From positions 128,001-192,000 of the IMG/VR virus record IMGVR_UViG_3300037067_012889: a stretch of 64,000 bases of DNA. One strand, given 5' to 3'. The notes below the pieces were generated by a model. That model was not told the origin of the DNA, made no database searches, and was given only the letters and a program-made list of their open reading frames with translations. This document shows positions 29,807 through 39,176 of this stretch, piece by piece. This DNA comes from a virus. Its lineage: Duplodnaviria > Caudoviricetes. How positions within the stretch are numbered: position 1 is the stretch's first letter; every line of letters starts with the position of its first letter. Made by a program: the position numbers and the translations under genes.

Positions 29807-32005
29807 ATGACATATCAAAATCCATTAGTGTCAAAATCGGGCAGGATGCAAGTACTGTCAAACACAGAGATAATAAATCACGGAGACTTTCCACCATGGG
29901 CGACAAATCCGTATGGCCAGACGGCCGTAGCATACACTTCATCGATTTACTATAAAAAACTGATAACGGTCGATCACACTAAAATCGGCAGTACAGATAA
30001 TTTACGAATAGTAATCCCAATTGTAAATGACGCTGACTTGGGAGCACACGCTCAGCTAAATGGCTATGACATATTTCTCGTAGATGCAAATGGAAATTAT
30101 ATGCATCACGACATAATGAGTTACAGTGTTGTATCAGGGCTTGCGAATGGCAACATTGCAACATGTCTAGTCTCACCAAGCACATCAGTCGATACAACTT
30201 TCTATTTGTGTTACGGAATCGCTCAACAATTTTCACTTGCACATCCAAGCGGCGTATGGAACACATACCGATGGGTCTCGCATCTTGAAGAGGCATATTA
30301 TCCATATAAAGATGTCGCAAAAGGTTACAACACTGTAGGCGGAACATATCCAACGCAAGGGACTGGAAAAATCGGGAACGGCCAGACATTCAACGGCTCA
30401 TCTATGTATCTCGATTTTGGTTTACTTGTTGGATGTGCGATAGGAGATTATACTGCGTCTGCCTGGATTAAGCCAGCTGGGCTGGGAGCCGAACGACGTT
30501 TCATGTCTAATATGGGATATGGCAATTATAATGGCTCATTCGATTTCTTGTTAGATGGTTCGAATAAATTAACAATATTACATCAAAGCGGTTCAGCACA
30601 ATCGGTTTATAGGAGCACATCTACTAGCCTCTTCACAAACGGCGTATGGGCGAAGGTTGAAGTATCATGGGCGTCTCCGACTGGCGTACCAACATTATAT
30701 GTAAACGGTTCACCAGTTGCTGGTGCTCTAGATAGTGGCGTTGGCATGGTAACACCAAGATCGATACCAAGTTATGATATGCGAATCGGTTCTACTGGCG
30801 GTGGCACGATAACGACTTGGTGGAGTGGTATGGTAGACGAAGTCAGATTCGCCGACTACATCAAACCAGCAGCTCTAATTGCAACGGAATATACTTTCGA
30901 CACACAGACTTGCGTTACGGTGGGAGCAGAGACTAGTTCATCGTATCTACCACCAGCATATAGCAGCTGGCCACAAACAAGACAAGCTCTAACTTCACGT
31001 ATAGGGACCAATTTAGTTGCTTCCCAGCACTACATCTCATCTACTTTTACTAACGGTAGCCTCACATTAGACGCAAATAAATGGTCTGGTGGCGTCCTAG
31101 CTCCGAGTGGGTCGATTTATTGCGTGCCATATACTGCTACTACAATATTAAAAATCGATCCGACATTAGATACGGCGATTACTTTTGGAAGTCTCGCAGC
31201 AGATGCCACCAAATGGATTGGTGGCGTATTGGCTCCTAACGGATGCATCTATTGCATACCATATACTGCCACTACAATATTGAAAATAGATCCAACATCG
31301 GACACTACGACAACGTTCGGCAGTTTAGTCGGTGATACAAAATGGGTTGGTGGTGTTGTTGGTATGAATGGCATGATTTATGGAGTTCCACATAGTAGTA
31401 CGTCGATACTTAAAATAGACCCAACAACAGACACGGTTACAACATTCGGTGCTGTAGGGGCCGATACCTTAAAATGGCAAGGTGGAGTATTGGCCCCGAA
31501 CGGATGCATCTATTGTGCACCTTTTAATAATACTTATGCTCTAAAAATCGATCCATCAGCAGATACTTACACATTACTATTCGGTAGCCTATCAGGTACT
31601 AGCAAATGGATCGGTGCTGTTCTGGCTCCAAATGGATGTATTTATTGCATACCGTGCTCAAGTACAACCGTTCTAAAAGTCAATCCGTTTTCAGACACAT
31701 TTACAACATTTGGAAGCCTATCTGGTTCTCTAAAATGGAGTGGTGGCGTCTTGGCCCCGGACGGTATGATATATGGGATACCACAAAATTCTACTACAAT
31801 TCTAAAAATAGATCCAACAACAGACGTGGCCACAACTTTTGGCAGTGTTGGTTCTGCATCATCGAGCTGGCTTGGAGGTATCTTGGCTCAAAGCGGAGTA
31901 ATATATGGTGTTCCGCAGAGTTATAATTATGTTTTGAAAATCGGCACACCAGCTATTGATGTTACAACTGATTTCCCACTATCACGCCATTTCAACAAAT
32001 TTTAG
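29807..32005 (+). CDS. DUF2341-like + LamG + seven-bladed beta-propeller protein (paralog C3)
   Basis: YYKKLITVDHTKI...AQLNGYDI (DUF2341-like); YTASAWIK...LYVNG...IG...GMVDEVRF (LamG); 7 propeller repeats. Confidence 0.75.
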   Translation: MTYQNPLVSKSGRMQVLSNTEIINHGDFPPWATNPYGQTAVAYTSSIYYKKLITVDHTKIGSTDNLRIVIPIVNDADLGAHAQLNGYDIFLVDANGNYMHHDIMSYSVVSGLANGNIATCLVSPSTSVDTTFYLCYGIAQQFSLAHPSGVWNTYRWVSHLEEAYYPYKDVAKGYNTVGGTYPTQGTGKIGNGQTFNGSSMYLDFGLLVGCAIGDYTASAWIKPAGLGAERRFMSNMGYGNYNGSFDFLLDGSNKLTILHQSGSAQSVYRSTSTSLFTNGVWAKVEVSWASPTGVPTLYVNGSPVAGALDSGVGMVTPRSIPSYDMRIGSTGGGTITTWWSGMVDEVRFADYIKPAALIATEYTFDTQTCVTVGAETSSSYLPPAYSSWPQTRQALTSRIGTNLVASQHYISSTFTNGSLTLDANKWSGGVLAPSGSIYCVPYTATTILKIDPTLDTAITFGSLAADATKWIGGVLAPNGCIYCIPYTATTILKIDPTSDTTTTFGSLVGDTKWVGGVVGMNGMIYGVPHSSTSILKIDPTTDTVTTFGAVGADTLKWQGGVLAPNGCIYCAPFNNTYALKIDPSADTYTLLFGSLSGTSKWIGAVLAPNGCIYCIPCSSTTVLKVNPFSDTFTTFGSLSGSLKWSGGVLAPDGMIYGIPQNSTTILKIDPTTDVATTFGSVGSASSSWLGGILAQSGVIYGVPQSYNYVLKIGTPAIDVTTDFPLSRHFNKF

Positions 32006-32013
32006 TTAGACAT

Positions 32014-32262
32014 ATGAGGCGATATATGATCCCACTAGATGAATTACAAAATCATCTAATCCTTCTATCACATCATATTGATGATGTTCGTGAAGCATTA
32101 GAGGACGGAGATGACACCATTATCGAGGCCAGTCTTGATGATATGGAAGAAATAATTGGTGAATTGAAAGCTTATCTACCCGAAGGGCTAGCACGGGAAG
32201 TAGAAGCAAAAGAGATGGGAATGGATTCAAACGTGGAAGAGATTGCGAAAGATGTTTGGTAG
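32014..32262 (+). CDS. acidic hypothetical protein
   Basis: 82 aa acidic, helical-looking ORF. Confidence 0.6.
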   Translation: MRRYMIPLDELQNHLILLSHHIDDVREALEDGDDTIIEASLDDMEEIIGELKAYLPEGLAREVEAKEMGMDSNVEEIAKDVW

Positions 32263-32329
32263 GTATTTGACGTAGTAGATAATTTATCGTCGTGGATGCG
32301 ATATTGCTTGTAGCAATGAAATCCATACA

Positions 32330-32356
32330 GTAGTAGTCGTAGTAGTCGTAGTAGTA
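32330..32356 (+). repeat. 9-bp tandem repeat (GTAGTAGTC)x3 abutting RBS
   Basis: gtagtagtc gtagtagtc gtagtagta followed directly by AGGAGG. Confidence 0.85.
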
Positions 32357-32368
32357 AGGAGGTGTCTT

Positions 32369-33238
32369 ATGACACTGAATAGCAAGCTTGCCGGTGCACG
32401 TGCCATTCTAGAAGCACACAATTCTAACAGCACCAAACCCGTGGATGTCGAAGCCTTCTTCGCCAATCTCACAAACATGGGTGGCTCATCTGAGGACACT
32501 CTGTCTGCCGCAAGTTGGGAAGATCTTGAAGCATGCGGTGCCCCGCGTATCCTAGCAAGACGAATTGCAACTCTGTTTCGAGGCGAACAGCCAGCTTCAA
32601 CAACGCAAAAAGTCATTATTGAAGATAATGATCCTGAAAAGCTAGCAAAAGCCATGACACCAGCTCAATTGCTCGATGTCTATAACCCAAAACAATTGAA
32701 AACACCTATTGCCGAGCGATTAAAGTTCTATTCAGAAGGCAAAAAATTCATCGTATTTAACGATGACGGAACAATAGATAAAACAATCTCGTTAAAGCTT
32801 CTAGATGAGCTTGATGATCATGGTGAGATATTCACATATATCGGAACCGATGGTGTCATTAGGTTGACATATGCTGTTGGCGAACGACCAGATCAAATAA
32901 CGAATGAGCATCCTTTATTCCCAGGCACCGCTTTGCGAAATGGCGTTTCTGCTATTGGGTGCGATTGGAATAAAATCGATTGGAAATCGAAGAGAACTCT
33001 ATATCTCGCAGTCACCGAGACATCAGAAATCGACATGAGTAAGATGCACGAACTCGATGTCTACGATCTAGCAAAAGACGGCATGGTCGATAGACGTTGC
33101 ATCGAAGCAGCCAAACTGTACAAAGAACGTGAAGCTCTCGAAAACTTACCCAGCCTACGTATTCGACTCGGCAAAAAGGCAGAGAAAACGCAGAAGGGAA
33201 ACAATCCTTTCAATCTAGGTAAGAACCGTGTTGTTTGA
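32369..33238 (+). CDS. hypothetical protein
   Basis: 289 aa, strong AAGGAGGT RBS. Confidence 0.75.
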   Translation: MTLNSKLAGARAILEAHNSNSTKPVDVEAFFANLTNMGGSSEDTLSAASWEDLEACGAPRILARRIATLFRGEQPASTTQKVIIEDNDPEKLAKAMTPAQLLDVYNPKQLKTPIAERLKFYSEGKKFIVFNDDGTIDKTISLKLLDELDDHGEIFTYIGTDGVIRLTYAVGERPDQITNEHPLFPGTALRNGVSAIGCDWNKIDWKSKRTLYLAVTETSEIDMSKMHELDVYDLAKDGMVDRRCIEAAKLYKEREALENLPSLRIRLGKKAEKTQKGNNPFNLGKNRVV

Positions 33239-33278
33239 TCTGGTATGTTCCCAAACGTCAGGATACTAATCACAAACC

Positions 33279-33307
33279 CGCATGATGTGCTTATAGCACA
33301 TCATGCG
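33279..33307 (+). terminator. 13-bp perfect stem-loop, terminator/attenuator-like
   Basis: CGCATGATGTGCT-TAT-AGCACATCATGCG followed by TTCTTCTT. Confidence 0.7.
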
Positions 33308-33325
33308 TTCTTCTTGGAGACAATA

Positions 33326-34414
33326 ATGATTTCACCGCACACGTACGCTAATGGTATGATGGAAGTTAACGGCCTAAAAGCCCAAGTCAATACACCCGAA
33401 GCCTTAAAAGGTGATTCGCTACATGCGTTGCCGCCACATTGTGTAGTTCCTGCATGTGTCGTCGACGAATACCCAGCATGCCCAGAAAATTGGATGCATG
33501 GCTCTAGTAAAGCGTCCAGTTATTTTATACCAGTACAGACCGGCAGGGGGCTCTGGTTTGACTTCACTATGAATGTCGGGCATACCCATGACATAGCTAT
33601 CGTTGTTAGCGTACAAGGCGTCAATCCGATAACTGGCAAAAAAGTAACTGAATTGAATCTAGAACAATATCGCGAAAAATGTCCTGTCCACAACACAACT
33701 TTTCGACAGGACAGATTTTGTGAAGAATGTGGATATAAGTGGCCTGCTCAGAATTATATCGCAACGACAACAAACCAACTACTATGGATTGATGGTTTTC
33801 GTAATGAAAACGGCGAAGTAAGACAATATATCATTACAGAAGACATTACACGTGGCATAGCTGCACAAGTCATAGGAAATGACCGTGTCTGGGCTATTGG
33901 TTTTGCTTTTTATCTTAGCAAAGAACCACGTCATAGAGAAGCATCAAGTCTACTATTATGCCCGAAAACGAATTACTTCCAACAATCAAGTCCTAGCATA
34001 TATGGCGTAGACCAACAATTAAGTCCTAACATGTATGGTGTGTCTAATGATGCCGGAGATATGTGCGATTGTGCATCAGATACGTCAAAAGGAATGACGA
34101 ACATATCATTAAATTGTTGCAACGCATCTCCGACTGCATCTACAAAAGGCTTATATAAAAGTAGATTAATACGTTCTTGTTCGGTTACACCACCCATAAC
34201 GCCGCAGAAGACGCTAGAAATCGGTGCTGGTGCCAGAATTAACCAGGAGATTGGTATCGACCCAAATGCAATTGATTTTTGGCAGACGGAACCAGCAGGT
34301 TTGATTTATGCAAACTACTGTAGCAAAGAAACCTTTGCAGAGATCGTCGCGGCCGGGCGTAGACAAGATAAGAAAGATGGCGCACTAAATACTCTGAAAG
34401 TTGGCAATGTGTGA
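33326..34414 (+). CDS. conserved hypothetical protein with Zn-ribbon insertion
   Basis: P..W...YFIPV...LWFDF...GVNPITG...QNY...WIDGF...G.VRQ pattern; CPVH...CEEC insertion; start moved to ATG 33326 (GGAG). Confidence 0.7.
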   Translation: MISPHTYANGMMEVNGLKAQVNTPEALKGDSLHALPPHCVVPACVVDEYPACPENWMHGSSKASSYFIPVQTGRGLWFDFTMNVGHTHDIAIVVSVQGVNPITGKKVTELNLEQYREKCPVHNTTFRQDRFCEECGYKWPAQNYIATTTNQLLWIDGFRNENGEVRQYIITEDITRGIAAQVIGNDRVWAIGFAFYLSKEPRHREASSLLLCPKTNYFQQSSPSIYGVDQQLSPNMYGVSNDAGDMCDCASDTSKGMTNISLNCCNASPTASTKGLYKSRLIRSCSVTPPITPQKTLEIGAGARINQEIGIDPNAIDFWQTEPAGLIYANYCSKETFAEIVAAGRRQDKKDGALNTLKVGNV

Positions 34415-34431
34415 TTCCTTTATAGGAATCA
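34412..34431. terminator. hairpin between convergent genes
   Basis: TGATTCCT-TTAT-AGGAATCA. Confidence 0.5.
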
Positions 34432-34444
34432 AGGGACCACAGGA

Positions 34445-36802
34445 CTAGCCATAAATCAGTTTATTTGCACCGGGCACCACTTCTTCGACTACCATCTTAC
34501 ATAAGCATAAGTGAAATTCACTTATCATTTTGTATTCGATTGAATCGAATCCGCAGCTTTCGCCGATTTCTTGTTTGACGGCGTTTGCTGCCGACGTGAA
34601 CTTCAACATTGCTGCAGTCCGCAGTTTTGATATGTGGGCGTTAGAAACAGAGCAGATATGCTCACCCTTCTCATCCACTTTATCGAAAATGTCGGTCCAC
34701 ACATGTATCGGAGTCTTTCTACCAATTTCGACACCACCAACGGCTGGATAACCTGCTTCGGCCCATTGAGATTTTCCACCGCTCGCGGTGATTTCCGGAT
34801 CTTGTGGTGTATCGCGCTCAGGATAGTTATCAATGCCATATATTCTGAGCAACATCCGATATTGCTGAACTGATACTGTCTCTGGTGATGGCTTGAGTTT
34901 AATATCCTGCTTTGCTACCTTCAACAGATCGTTGATTTCGGTCCGAATCTCACTAAATCCGCCATGTATCTCTATCGTCCCGAAGATCGATTTAAGTAAT
35001 TCAGAAATTTCTTCTTTCCATTCGCCCAAATCTCCTACATCTTGGGCAATGTTTTTAAGATCACTGATTGCCTTTGTGGTGTCGAGATTTTCAGAGCGTG
35101 CCTCTAGATAACTATCGACAGCTTCTCGAATAGCCGTAAAAATCTCAGCGGCTTCTTCTGCTTGTTCTTTTCGTTTAACAGAATCATCCTGATATGGCGA
35201 AACTTTAGCAATCGTCATCGCCAACTTTTCACGAGTCTCCTCACTATGCAAATAGTCTACATTAGTGCCAGTACTAGCGAAATCTGTACGCTCAGTCTGC
35301 TCGTCATCATCGCCGCCGACATCCATAGAAGCAGCATGAATAGCTTGTAAGTTAACCTGTTCTCGCGTTCTGATCATTTCTTGCTGATGTTCGCTCATAC
35401 TGATGAATTCCTCTAGTTGCTCTCTATCATTCGATCTTAATGCTTCTTCTAATCTTGCCGTTATTGCTGCAAGTCCAATAGATCCCGGAGATTTATGTAA
35501 ATCTTTCTGATGTGGTTCATATCTAGAAACATACGCTGTTTTCCGCACAGTACCAGTTTTGCCATACTTGCTCTTACTTATGGGATACTTGAAATCGTGC
35601 CACAATTTTTTCGCAGCATCGACAAGTTGATCAGATGACTGCCCATTAGATAACAACTTATCAGCATGACGGGCCAATTCACGTTGCTTGTCTAGTAATT
35701 TGGCGGCTTTATTATATGCCACTAATGAACCATGCTCCCTCGGTTTTGTACCAACGGCACCGCTACGAGTGCTGCCGAGGGATTTATACTTACTTTCATT
35801 TTGTTCTATCTTGTCAAACACCTCATCCATGCTTTCAAGTTCTCGTTGAATCTCCTTAGCGCTTCCAGATGTTATAGCACGAAGAAGTTTGCTTCTTACC
35901 TCCAACAATTCATCAGCGAGAATACCATATGGATGTTTCGGGCCAGATTCTAATTCACCTCTACCACCGCACCTGACACAGCGCACTAATGCCCTGCGGC
36001 CTTCTTTATCTAGCATATTCTTACTTTGAATCTCTCCGGTGCCCTCGCAATCTGGGCAACGATTGAAGTTCGCAAAAATTTTGCGAACTTCCATAATATC
36101 ACCCTCTATTCGTTCTCCATTCCTGATATTGCGAATAGCCGATTTTGCGATAGATGTCAAATTTCTTCGTATTCCCCTAGCTTTGCGATATTCATCATGA
36201 TATCCGGGCGGAACACCCGAACGCATAGCTTGTTCTATAGCTATACCAATATAAGAGTCAAACCTTACACCTTCTTCGGCTCTATCACCGGGCAATACCT
36301 GTATAGCCGCTTCGGCACCACGCATCATTGCATCTCTTATATCGTTCTCATCATATGTGCCACCATGTGTTGCCGCTGCTGCCCCAGAAACCGAACCCTT
36401 TTTGGCGATTCTTCGTAGGACAGAATTGTCGTATTCGTCATATAGTTTACCTATTAGTGTCTCGATCACTTCACTAACAGACCATGGCCTAATTCCACCA
36501 TATTTATGGCTGTATGGATTTTCATCGAATTTTATATTGTGTGAGTCTCTTTCCGATAGACCGCGCTTACCGGTATCCTTAGGGCCGATAGGTTGTTTAG
36601 AACCTGCTGTGAATACTCTTGGCGGTATATAATCACGGCCAGCGACATAATCATCCCAGCCGACATTTGGACCTTTACAATTATGTAAGGCCATCTTCCT
36701 GGCCGCAGGATCGTTCATATCGACTACTATTTCCGGTGGATTTTCTGCCTCACTAATAATTCCGACATTGAACGCCGAATCTAGTCGCTGTATAATATTC
36801 AT
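34445..36802 (-). CDS. highly divergent sigma70-like protein with DnaJ-type Zn-finger insertion
   Basis: Region 2-like VLRRIAKK...DAMMRG...EEGVRFDSYIGIAIEQAMR; region 3.2-like ASMDVGGDDD; region 4-like VSVQQYRMLLRIYGI...VSNAHISKLRTAAMLKF; CPDCEGTG/CVRCGGRG. Confidence 0.55.
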   Translation of the reverse strand: MNIIQRLDSAFNVGIISEAENPPEIVVDMNDPAARKMALHNCKGPNVGWDDYVAGRDYIPPRVFTAGSKQPIGPKDTGKRGLSERDSHNIKFDENPYSHKYGGIRPWSVSEVIETLIGKLYDEYDNSVLRRIAKKGSVSGAAAATHGGTYDENDIRDAMMRGAEAAIQVLPGDRAEEGVRFDSYIGIAIEQAMRSGVPPGYHDEYRKARGIRRNLTSIAKSAIRNIRNGERIEGDIMEVRKIFANFNRCPDCEGTGEIQSKNMLDKEGRRALVRCVRCGGRGELESGPKHPYGILADELLEVRSKLLRAITSGSAKEIQRELESMDEVFDKIEQNESKYKSLGSTRSGAVGTKPREHGSLVAYNKAAKLLDKQRELARHADKLLSNGQSSDQLVDAAKKLWHDFKYPISKSKYGKTGTVRKTAYVSRYEPHQKDLHKSPGSIGLAAITARLEEALRSNDREQLEEFISMSEHQQEMIRTREQVNLQAIHAASMDVGGDDDEQTERTDFASTGTNVDYLHSEETREKLAMTIAKVSPYQDDSVKRKEQAEEAAEIFTAIREAVDSYLEARSENLDTTKAISDLKNIAQDVGDLGEWKEEISELLKSIFGTIEIHGGFSEIRTEINDLLKVAKQDIKLKPSPETVSVQQYRMLLRIYGIDNYPERDTPQDPEITASGGKSQWAEAGYPAVGGVEIGRKTPIHVWTDIFDKVDEKGEHICSVSNAHISKLRTAAMLKFTSAANAVKQEIGESCGFDSIEYKMISEFHLCLCKMVVEEVVPGANKLIYG

Positions 36803-36833
36803 ATGTCACTCCACTGATTAATAATTACCTAAA

Positions 36834-36841
36834 TATCTTTG
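36834..36841 (-). promoter_or_regulatory. CAAAGATA promoter-like motif
   Basis: Same 8-mer upstream of genes at 20559, 21262, 36802 and 46370. Confidence 0.45.
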
Positions 36842-36908
36842 GCTGCCGGTCGCGCGTGGTGGAATTGCTTGCAGTATCTTATATACAACAAACCAAAGAG
36901 ATATTAAG

Positions 36909-37847
36909 ATGCTCGTAGAAAGCCATCGACATTTAGCAGGTTCCATAACCCCAGAAACTATATGGGAAATAATTAGCGGACCTCCATACCCTCTGTACTG
37001 TTTTGGCACGAAATTGTCCGTCGTATCATCTCTAGAAGCCGTGCGCCAACAAGTATGTCTTATGCGTGACGACGCCGACTTCAATTATTTCTGTTCAAGA
37101 TTCAATATCTTAAATAAAATAGAATGGAATGATTGGGCATTATATAAAGTAGCAAGACAAGTATTATCTGATATAAAAACCGAAGGAATAGATTGGTGCA
37201 CTCTTACAGTATCATTGAACAAATTCACCGGATCAGACGATCTAGTTACCACTGGCTATCGAGTGTTTAGTATATTAGATGTAATCACAAAAGAGTTAGA
37301 TATTAATGTCAATTTTTTATTATCTATTAGTTATGATTGGCCTATAGAATTGCAACTTAAGATGCTTGGCCTTATCGAGCATCTAGGGATTTTCGTATCT
37401 GGTGTAGATTTTGTTGGTGATGAATCACTTGCTAAATGGCATGAATATACAGAGCCACTTAGCAAATGGAAAGCAGAAGACAAAACCATACGTGTCCATG
37501 TAGCAGAAAGGCCAGGAACTAGCAATAATCTCGGCCTGGCTATGACACATATAGACATTACCAGGATTGCCCATGGAATCTATGCCACAAAAGAGCAACA
37601 GATAGAAACCATACGTCGTGGAATTGTATTCGACATGGCAATACATAGTAATATTTATACGCATGCGATTGAACTGACAAAACACCCGATCAAACAAATG
37701 CAAGAGGCTGGATGTCTGATAACTGTCGGCACTGATGACCCCGTACAGTTCAACTGTACATTACAAAATGAATATGCACTGGCCGAAGCTATGGGTGTAA
37801 ATAAGGAATTACTGCGACAAACAGCAATCACATCAAGGATAATATGA
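36909..37847 (+). CDS. add: adenosine/AMP deaminase family amidohydrolase
   Basis: ESHRHLAGSI (HxH), GVDFVGDE, HVAE, RIAHG, TVGTDDP. Confidence 0.88.
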   Translation: MLVESHRHLAGSITPETIWEIISGPPYPLYCFGTKLSVVSSLEAVRQQVCLMRDDADFNYFCSRFNILNKIEWNDWALYKVARQVLSDIKTEGIDWCTLTVSLNKFTGSDDLVTTGYRVFSILDVITKELDINVNFLLSISYDWPIELQLKMLGLIEHLGIFVSGVDFVGDESLAKWHEYTEPLSKWKAEDKTIRVHVAERPGTSNNLGLAMTHIDITRIAHGIYATKEQQIETIRRGIVFDMAIHSNIYTHAIELTKHPIKQMQEAGCLITVGTDDPVQFNCTLQNEYALAEAMGVNKELLRQTAITSRII

Positions 37848-37849
37848 AG

Positions 37850-38263
37850 CTAGTGTTTGTGCTTCGCTTTTTCTATTAGGTCTAACACATTATTATATAG
37901 CTTTAGCGATTTCATCTCTTTGGTAGTAAAGAATCCAAGTGATGCAAATTCATGATTAGGTTTCAGCCTACTACAGTCTGTAGAGTCTGTTTTACACGGT
38001 ACAAACGCCACAAATCCTTTACGTTTATCCTTAATTGGACCTGAAATAGAACGGCATTTACAACCAGTTTCTTCTTGTGTCTCCCTGACAGCTGCTTTCT
38101 CTGGTGTTTCTCCGGATTTAATCCCACCCCCAGGAAAACACCAACGGCCCGAGCGATCGTCGTCCGACTTAGATAATCCCAATAGCCATTTATCTCGACA
38201 TTTAACAATACCGACAGCGGCAGTAAATTTATCTAACCCTTCAACCAGTAATCTTAATTGCAT
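37850..38263 (-). CDS. Nudix hydrolase with MQLRLLVE N-terminal tag
   Basis: Nudix box WCFPGGGIKSGETPEKAAVRETQEETG. Confidence 0.92.
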   Translation of the reverse strand: MQLRLLVEGLDKFTAAVGIVKCRDKWLLGLSKSDDDRSGRWCFPGGGIKSGETPEKAAVRETQEETGCKCRSISGPIKDKRKGFVAFVPCKTDSTDCSRLKPNHEFASLGFFTTKEMKSLKLYNNVLDLIEKAKHKH

Positions 38264-38763
38264 TACGAGTTTCCCTTTTTAACTTCTTTAATTTCTTTGT
38301 CTACTAATTCCTTTAAATAGTCATTAAGCGATGCCCAGCATTTTCGCTCATCTGGCTCTATATCATCCAATCCACTATCGTTATTTGGAGAAGTCTGATT
38401 ACCTTTACTACCTAAAAGGTGGAGATTACCTTGTTCTTTATTTGGGATAAAACAGAAATATGGGTTGTGATATTGACTAAGTTCAAAAGCATATCCATCC
38501 CATAACTGGCATCGGAAATAAATCGATGGCCGTTCCCAATCGCCACCACCTTTTCTCATTTGACAATGGAATGTACACTTCGATGATTCCCATTGTTTTT
38601 GCGGTATAGTTATGACTCGCTCAACTATGGTGTCGTCATTTTCAAGACTAAAACTAACACCAAACTCTTTCTTGGCCTCCTTGAATTTTTCATCCCACAT
38701 TGGTTTGGATATAGCATCATATCCAAAAAACTCTTTATCTTCTGTCAACAATCTTAATTTCAT
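38263..38763 (-). CDS. hypothetical protein with MKLRLLTE N-terminal tag
   Basis: 166 aa, TAATG-coupled to the Nudix gene. Confidence 0.7.
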   Translation of the reverse strand: MKLRLLTEDKEFFGYDAISKPMWDEKFKEAKKEFGVSFSLENDDTIVERVITIPQKQWESSKCTFHCQMRKGGGDWERPSIYFRCQLWDGYAFELSQYHNPYFCFIPNKEQGNLHLLGSKGNQTSPNNDSGLDDIEPDERKCWASLNDYLKELVDKEIKEVKKGNS

Positions 38764-38767
38764 TTTA

Positions 38768-39070
38768 CTACCTACTCAAAATTACAATATCGAATATATC
38801 CGATTGTGGACTTGGATATCCATCTACAACCATAAATTCATGAACAAGTGGTGCCGACATAGTAGTACCACATACTTCACGCAATTCTATTGTGATTGTC
38901 GTATTGTCTACTACCTGTAATTCTGAAATTTCTACAGATTCAATATCGCGATCATTGATCGTCTTATGTGGCATTCCGTCGATAAGAATCTGAACTTCTC
39001 GCGATGTAGCCTCTGATTTTTTGAGAACTTCGGGAATGGTTATTACCATATCAATAGTTCCGTTCATCAT
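38768..39070 (-). CDS. hypothetical (beta-rich) protein
   Basis: Start moved to ATG 39070 (GGAG RBS). Confidence 0.55.
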   Translation of the reverse strand: MMNGTIDMVITIPEVLKKSEATSREVQILIDGMPHKTINDRDIESVEISELQVVDNTTITIELREVCGTTMSAPLVHEFMVVDGYPSPQSDIFDIVILSR

Positions 39071-39176
39071 AATCTCCGCAAGGTACGCAAGAATCACAGA
39101 CAAACACACTTATATTTGTTAGGTTATCATTATAAGTTTGATCAATAGTCAAAATTATATGTGGAGAAAATACCAT

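Noticed and set aside
26666-32005. Diversity-generating retroelement targets in the repeated fibre genes
   Set aside because: No reverse transcriptase or non-coding template repeat in the window; differences between repeats are not adenine-specific and are often synonymous
34445-36802. DnaJ chaperone
   Set aside because: Only two CxxCxGxG motifs; no J-domain HPD motif
36909-37847. RADAR defence system (RdrB)
   Set aside because: Only 312 aa and no adjacent RdrA ATPase
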